DNA of 62,367 bases, the filler included. It is 14 parts of 14 records of this genome, joined end to end, with 100 filler letters (N's around TTAATTAATTAA, not from the genome) between each part and the next. Parts side by side here need not be neighbours in the genome. Positions count along the whole stretch, not along the records: positions 54,065 to 58,768 come from SRR9188676_2517; positions 58,869 to 62,367 come from SRR9188676_2526; 12 more parts are not named here. One strand, written 5' to 3'. The notes beneath the pieces were generated by a model, which saw nothing but the letters and a program-made list of their open reading frames with translations, searched no databases and was not told the origin of the DNA. The position numbers and the translations under genes were made by a program. Position 1 is the stretch's first letter, and each line of letters opens with the position of its first letter. Of this stretch, positions 56,019-62,367 are shown one piece after another.

Positions 56019-58700
56019 ATGTTCGCTGCCTATTTATCAGCTTTGTTTTGGCTCACATTTCGTGTGGTCACGCTTGGGTCACTGACATGCTTGTTTGGTC
56101 TCACGCTCTTTTTGAGACTGCATCGCCGGTTCCATACCTTATCCAAACAAGGCATTGTTATCGCATTCTTCCATCCTTATAGCTTCGATGGCGGGGGCGG
56201 TGAGCGAGTCTTGTGGACGGCAATCAAGACCCTCCAGAATGATGTCAAGAATGTGAAACTCAATATCATCATCTATACAGGTTTGTTTCAACTTTCTTTC
56301 TCCCTTTTACTGTTATTCTCGCTTCATTTTACTTATTTCTTTGGTTTTGAATCTCTTGTTGCTTATCGATGACTATTTATGCTTGTAGGACCTGACCGAA
56401 ATGGGGAGATTCTTGTTGGCACGAAGCAATACGAGTGTATCTCAAAGCAGTTTGGCTTGGATATCCAACCCGTTATCTGTGTTCCATTGAAAACAAGAAA
56501 GCTCCTCGATGCCTCGCAATATCCCCGCTTCACACTCCTTTTGCAATCCCTTGCTGGCATCGTGGTTGGGCTAGAGGCTTTTCTCCAGATTGTGCCTGAT
56601 ATTTATGTGGATACTATGGGGCAGCCCTTCTCCTATTTCCCCGCGAAGCTCGCGGGCTCCAAAGTGGTTGCCTATGTGCACTATCCCACCATCTCTACTG
56701 ATATGCTCGACCTTGTGAAGACCAAGAAATCCACGTATAACAACCGGTCGGATATCGCTGGATCTCCTTTGAAAAGCCTCGCCAAGACTCTCTACTACTT
56801 GGCCTTCGCGCATCTTGGTTATCGTGTGTGCGGGAAACTGTGTGACGTGGTCATGGTGAATTCGTCATGGACGAAAAAGCACATCGACTACTTGTGGTCG
56901 CGAGCTTCAACTCTGGTCTACCCGCCCTGTGATGTGAGTCGCCTGCTTGACCTCCCTCTGCAAAGCAAGAAACGCGAGCGCATTGTCCTGAGTGTGGCGC
57001 AGTTCAGGCCCGAGAAGGACCATAGGTATTTCGACCTTCATTTTCATTATCATTATTATGTACTATCACTCTCAACATCACTTATTGTTCTCCGCAAGAA
57101 GTAATGTGGCCGTAGATCACGTTCTACAACAGAATGGAATGTCCGATAAAGCCAGGGCGACATAGAATCAATTGTTCAAGCTCAGTAACTATTTGGATTT
57201 GTTAGAAACAATTTAGAAGCCTCAGAGGGACATTCAGAGAGCCATTCCGGGCAGTTGAAAAGTCTCAAAATCTTGCCTTTAATCTGAAACATCCTCGAAT
57301 GCTCGAACCTCCCCCAATAGCCCCTGGAGGTAATTGTAATTCGTTGGAATTGTCGGGTGCAAGACCAAATTTGAATGAAAACAATCGCGTCTGTCACTTC
57401 AGAAACAATCCTGATTTCGTCCACTATAATGGCGACGCCATCACTACACCAACAATTCGAACACGTTATTCTGGACGAATCCTCTGAAATTACCCCCCTG
57501 ACACCACCAAAAACGCCTCTCCACGACAGATTCATCAGCTTGTGGATAGAAAGACAGGAGAATCCACCGGTAGTTCATGCTTCACATTTTTCATCTCGTA
57601 TCTCTTCTCATTACCCTGCTTTCCATTCTCTTCTTTCTTTTATCTCCGACAGGAAGCAGATTTTGGCTCTGCATACTCTTTTGGAGCGCATCGGGCGTGA
57701 TGGTCCAAATACACCCCGCCTAGTGCTCGTGGGGAGTGTGCGCAGTGACCAGGACAGGGCCAGAGTGGATGACCTCAAGCGATACTGCCAGGAGCTTCAC
57801 ATGACCGAGTTTGTCCAGTTCAAGGAGAATTTGCCCTTCGATGAGCTCGTTCAAGTGTAAGGAATAGGAAGATAATTATTTACGAGAAGGGATGAAAACG
57901 GTTTTTTTGTTAGGCATTTTCATTCTCTCCTCAGTTCCCTCTTCTTCTCACTTCTAGCTTGGTCGTTAATGATAATTTAGAGAGGCAGAGACTTCGCGTT
58001 ACCTTTTCCCCCTGTGAGGGTTGATTTCAGCATAGGAGGCGTTTCCAAGAGAATTTGATTTAGCAGAAACAGAAGCTCAGAATGCCACATGTCCTGACAT
58101 TCCGAGCAAATTGATTGATGTGAGGATGTACAGAGTGATACAGGCTTCAATCTGGAATTCTCATCACTTATCACTACAGAAGAGGGTCAAAACTGATCCA
58201 TTCTGTTCAAATTTTGGAACAATCTCTGGAAGAGTATCTCGACGAACAATGCGAGTTGAGAAAGATGTGAAATGTTGATTTTGGCGGACATTCTGTGTCC
58301 TGGCATTAATGATGGAAAAGCTTGTCGCATTTCACACTCGCCTATGAGAGTCCAAAAAGAAAAAACAGGCCCTCACGTCAGAACATTCGCTATTGCCCGT
58401 TACATTCGCCTGTAGTACTGACGGACCACATTGCTATGCTATCCAATCGAGAAAAACCATATGAACCCGCGGACAATTACTCATGTCAAAGCCACTCTAG
58501 TCGCATTCTGTTTTTTCATTTTGCTGCGTTTCATTCGGTCCGTACTTGATATTCGCTTCCATTTGCTCCCTCTCTTCACTCACTCTATCTCTCTTTTCTT
58601 CTTCTTCTTCTTTTCTTTTTCCCCCTTTCTTCTCCCTAGTATGTCGACTGCAGCGGTGGGCATCCACACCATGTGGAATGAGCACTTTGGCATCGGCATT
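56019..58700 (+). CDS. ALG11: GDP-Man:Man3GlcNAc2-PP-Dol alpha-1,2-mannosyltransferase, multi-exon, 3' truncated
   Basis: [87 protein letters not shown]. Confidence 0.95.
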
Positions 58701-59630
58701 GTAAGTGATTCACCCGCTTGAATTTTTATACAGTGAACACTTTTTGCACTTTTCATCGGACAGCAGTGNNNNNNNNNNNNNNNNNNNNNNNNNNNNNNNN
58801 NNNNNNNNNNNNTTAATTAATTAANNNNNNNNNNNNNNNNNNNNNNNNNNNNNNNNNNNNNNNNNNNNAGGGCATTCAGGGCACATCCATGTCAGAGGAA
58901 GAGAAATGGCAGAGTAGAATTACTACACACGGAACAGTGTGGGACAGCAGGGACAGCATGGGGAAGGACCTCCGAAGCTAGAGAGTTGAAAAATCATTTA
59001 TCAATCCATACATCCATGGGAACATGATAGTAGGAGAGAAATCGAAATAAATAATAATTCCACTAAATCAAGCAGTAGTTGACTATCACGAACTGTTCAA
59101 CAAGACAGAAAAACGAGAATACACTCCCGCAAAAACAAAACCATGTTAAAGTAAATCAGAAAATAAGAGATTCTCCGGCAAGCACTGAAGATAGTCCTGG
59201 AGGCTTGGAGGTGATTGATGGAAGATGCTGTCAAAGATGGTCGTGCAAAAAATGGGTTCGAACACAAAGTTTGGGTATCAAGCTGAAACACAAACGCCCT
59301 GCTTCGTAATGGAATGGAGACATTTGAAAGAGCTTGACTGATGGTATAACTTCGCGTGCTGATTGCAGAATGACATAAATAACTGTCGCAGATATAGGTG
59401 AAGATGGCTGTGGAAATGGAACGACGGAAACACTTGGAAGCAGCAGAGCAAATCCTGATCTATCTACGAATGAAGTGTAGACAACAAGATGTTGACCGTC
59501 CTGTGTAAAACTGATTAGAATGATTTGATTAATGAATTTACCATCTCCAGAAACGAATGCAGTCCAATCTTGGAAAGTCGAAGAGGAAAATAGATATCAA
59601 GGAATGAATGTCAGATCATTGCATGTGATG

Positions 59631-60215
59631 TTACTGAGTTGCTGATCGGGCCTGAATGGAAGCCAAGTTCATTAATGCGTCTCGGAAGACAGAAACGGAC
59701 CAGCCATCGCTAGCAAGCAGGCGCCGCACACCGTTCTTTTGTTGGAGTAATCGGGATTCCGCGCGATTGCTCCTAGCTTTCAGCAAGGAGATTAATGTGA
59801 TTGGAGAGCAGGAAGGTGGCGTATTAGATAGCGCCATTTCACACAATGCAAAATCTCCCTTGTCCAAGGCAAGCTGTACAATGGTCGAGAAGATGAGCAC
59901 TGCCTCTTTTTCATTAGAGGCATTCACAATCATATCTGCTGCAAGTTGGCGCTCTCCTTGCTCAACAAGCTGTCTTGTGTAGTTGAGTTTCTCTGAGAAT
60001 TCTTCGAATGGAGTTTTAGGGGCCTGGTAATCTGGGCTGGGGGCCTCAAAGTGGTCGAATGGGGGATCTTCCGGAGCATGGGTATATCCGAAATCAAAAT
60101 TGTCTGATTCTAAAGTTTCATACCGTTGAAGTAAAGGATGCAATAAGACATTCAAAGGGGTGAGTAATGCGCTTGCCATATCATCCAGGGGCTGGTCGTC
60201 GATTTGCGAATCCAT
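59631..60215 (-). CDS. Hypothetical eukaryotic protein (194 aa)
   Basis: Clean ORF with an acidic N-half and helical C-half; no known motif. Confidence 0.5.
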   Translation of the reverse strand: MDSQIDDQPLDDMASALLTPLNVLLHPLLQRYETLESDNFDFGYTHAPEDPPFDHFEAPSPDYQAPKTPFEEFSEKLNYTRQLVEQGERQLAADMIVNASNEKEAVLIFSTIVQLALDKGDFALCEMALSNTPPSCSPITLISLLKARSNRAESRLLQQKNGVRRLLASDGWSVSVFRDALMNLASIQARSATQ

Positions 60216-60668
60216 TTGATTGAATGCGTGATACTAATGGATTAATCAATATATATGGTGATAGAGGAAATGCCAATCTCGAAATAGTCCGAAAAATCGA
60301 GGAGAAATGGGACGCGAAGTCAGTCAGGCGATAGTTCAGAGTTTGCAAAATGTCACGTCAGTGTTTTTGTTTTGCGTTTCGAATTGCAACTCCTGTTCTT
60401 TCTCCAATTGTTTTCCCAGCATCACACTTGCCCTATAAGCATGCTTCCAATGAATCCACGCCGCAATTGCCATGCTTTGGAAAATGATTTCAAGATCAAA
60501 TCCTCTCATTGCACTCCTCTTGTTTCTCACGTGTGTCACTCATGTGCATGCAATCGGCTATGATATTCGAAGGTTGCTTCAAGATTCAAGGGTGAACAAC
60601 CTTCTCCTCTTTGATATTTGTTTCCTTTTGCTTTTCTGATGCTCGTTTTTCGTTGTTGCAAAGCGTAG

Positions 60669-62367
60669 ATTGTGAGTGTTGAACGGCCAGAACCTTTGTC
60701 AATCGATCAATGCTGGAGTGTGCTGATGGACACCGTCAAACAAAATGCTGGCCTTGCTGAAGAATGCCATAACCTTGAAGTTCTCCTGAATGATCTCAAG
60801 CCAGATGTCCCAACCTGCGGTCTGTATTTTTTCGTTCTCTCAATACTATCGGCCCATTTCTGTCTGTCATACTCACCCGCGATCCTTATTACCTCTCTGT
60901 GTAGAAGTGAATGAATGGTTTTTGATGGACCCAACTGTGGCTGCGCAGGTTCGCTGATCTTCGCTTGCCTCTCTCCTTTCATAACTTCATAACTCATCCA
61001 CTGCTGGTTAGGTGTGCCCAAATATTTGCTTCAAGAACATCGTGGCAATGTACAAGAAGCTGCATGGTAATGAAATGTTTTTTCATGGAAGTTTGAATGT
61101 GTCTTTGACCTCTCCGGTTTTACAATACAGCTATGAATTGCGATCTCAGTGCGATGGCCGATGGAGGTGGCTGTCAGACCGATTTTGATTGCGATCAGTG
61201 TACATCTGCTGTTTGTATCAATGCAACCTGTGTCTCGAATCATACAAAGGTTTCACCAAGTAAGTGCTCAAGCTTCCCGTTACAGTCTATTTCTCACATC
61301 TGATTCCATAGATGGTCTATTCACCCTGCTGAGTGCCTCCTGTGTGCAAGATGATGATCACTCTGAAGCATCATATTGCCTCTCAAAAATCGAAAATCTC
61401 CTCTATGTCGATGGTATGACCCGATTCGAAAGTTCAGCTCGGCAGATAATATGACAATTGTTTTCTCGCTTGGTAGGCCAAGAACGTGACCCAAGTTGTG
61501 AGGAGCTGGATGATGCCGGATGCTGTGTGAGACTCGTGATGGATCTCAGTGACGCCTGCTCCGATGAATTACCTATTTCATTGCTCGAAGCCGATGACCG
61601 CCTCTATCACTTTGTCGAGGAATGTGGTCTCCAACCTGAAACTTGTCCTGGTGCCAAGCCGATTGCCCCATCATGTAAGTATCACCTTTTCACTCCCCAA
61701 TCAGTCTTGCTGTTCATACTGCACATCCATTTTGTGATTTATGAGGATTTTTTCTCGAGTAGTTTCAGATTGTGAGTTGTTCTTGTTTATCTATTGCATT
61801 TATCCACCATACTGAAGAATTCGAGTGTTCCGCCCGGCCTGTTTTTTTTCTTCACGCAATAATAACACAGGTTTTCATTATTTTTTCTCTTTATAGGCTT
61901 CGACGCCTCAGAAGGAGACCAGACAGACGATGATGATGACAATGATGATCATGTATGTATTCCTCTTTCTTTTTCTATTCTTTGATTTCTCCTCCACGAC
62001 GACTCACTGCTGCTCTACTTAAATTGTTGGGATATTTTACCAAGATATTACGCAATATTATTTTATTTATTTATCTCCTGCCTCTCCATGATGAATTTCT
62101 GACCCTTTCGCTCTATCCTAGTTGTTTTGAGACAATATTTCCTTTACATTAAGAAACACACCATCTTTCCACATCTTTCCCTTTCACAGTCGGGGATAGT
62201 CCATGTCTGTAATTTTTGGGGGTCTTCGAGGCTCTGGGTACTTGGGTATTTATTTATTCAATGATTGTGGTCATTTATATGTCGCTATCTCGAGTTCTCG
62301 ATGATCTTCCCCATCTCACTTTCTGTGTTTTTCAGGAGGATGATAATGATGACGATGATGATGACGA
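60669..62367 (+). CDS. Multi-exon Cys-rich/acidic protein of unknown function, truncated
   Basis: Series of GT-AG-bounded exon-like blocks (e.g. GCQTDFDCDQCTSAVCINATC; PSCEELDDAGCCVRL) and poly-Asp tracts near the end. Confidence 0.4.

Noticed and set aside
57026-57652. ORFs inside the ALG11 intron (57182-57535-, 57299-57487+, 5' part of 57375-57860+)
   Set aside because: ALG11 motifs join cleanly across this interval (EKDH|RKQI); the ORFs show no coding signature and no snoRNA boxes were recognised.
4774-58868. Regularly recurring TTAATTAATTAA palindrome as a biological repeat or CRISPR
   Set aside because: Always centred in fixed-length N padding with stops in all frames, so it is a concatenation linker. 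Cross-linker gene neighbourhoods (e.g. CsgG next to FAS) are meaningless.

Overview
The window is not one locus. It is 14 unrelated contigs joined by 13 artificial 100-nt linkers (N44-TTAATTAATTAA-N44), so adjacency across linkers has no biological meaning. Two contigs are clearly bacterial. (i) 4874-12016 is GC-rich and Burkholderiales-like: a three-gene DUF11/Ig-fold surface-protein operon behind an AT-rich control region, then rnk, a small ORF and a CsgG/HfaB-family lipoprotein. (ii) 19699-29656 is AT-rich Bacteroidota: a conserved GATase-like exported protein, an ABC permease, tRNA-Leu(CAA), metH, a divergent Lrp/AsnC regulator, two hypothetical exported proteins and REP-like palindromes. 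Most other contigs are intron-containing microbial-eukaryote fragments: fungal-type FAS alpha, 5-oxoprolinase, Kish/TMEM167, plant-type UDP-arabinose 4-epimerase, an RNF213-like AAA+ protein, a CaMKK-like kinase, RAD17, ALG11, several Cys-rich secreted proteins and a Tc1/mariner-type MITE. One intronless contig of uncertain origin encodes a giant tandem Ig/cadherin-like repeat protein. The top candidate for an undescribed system is the DUF11 operon. Its major subunit carries a split DUF11 domain: the C-terminal domain lacks its last two strands, and a matching segment with the isopeptide Asn sits at the mature N-terminus. This predicts a head-to-tail, donor-strand-complemented, possibly Lys-Asn cross-linked fibre in a Gram-negative bacterium. 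All family assignments come from motif recognition by eye; no database search was run.
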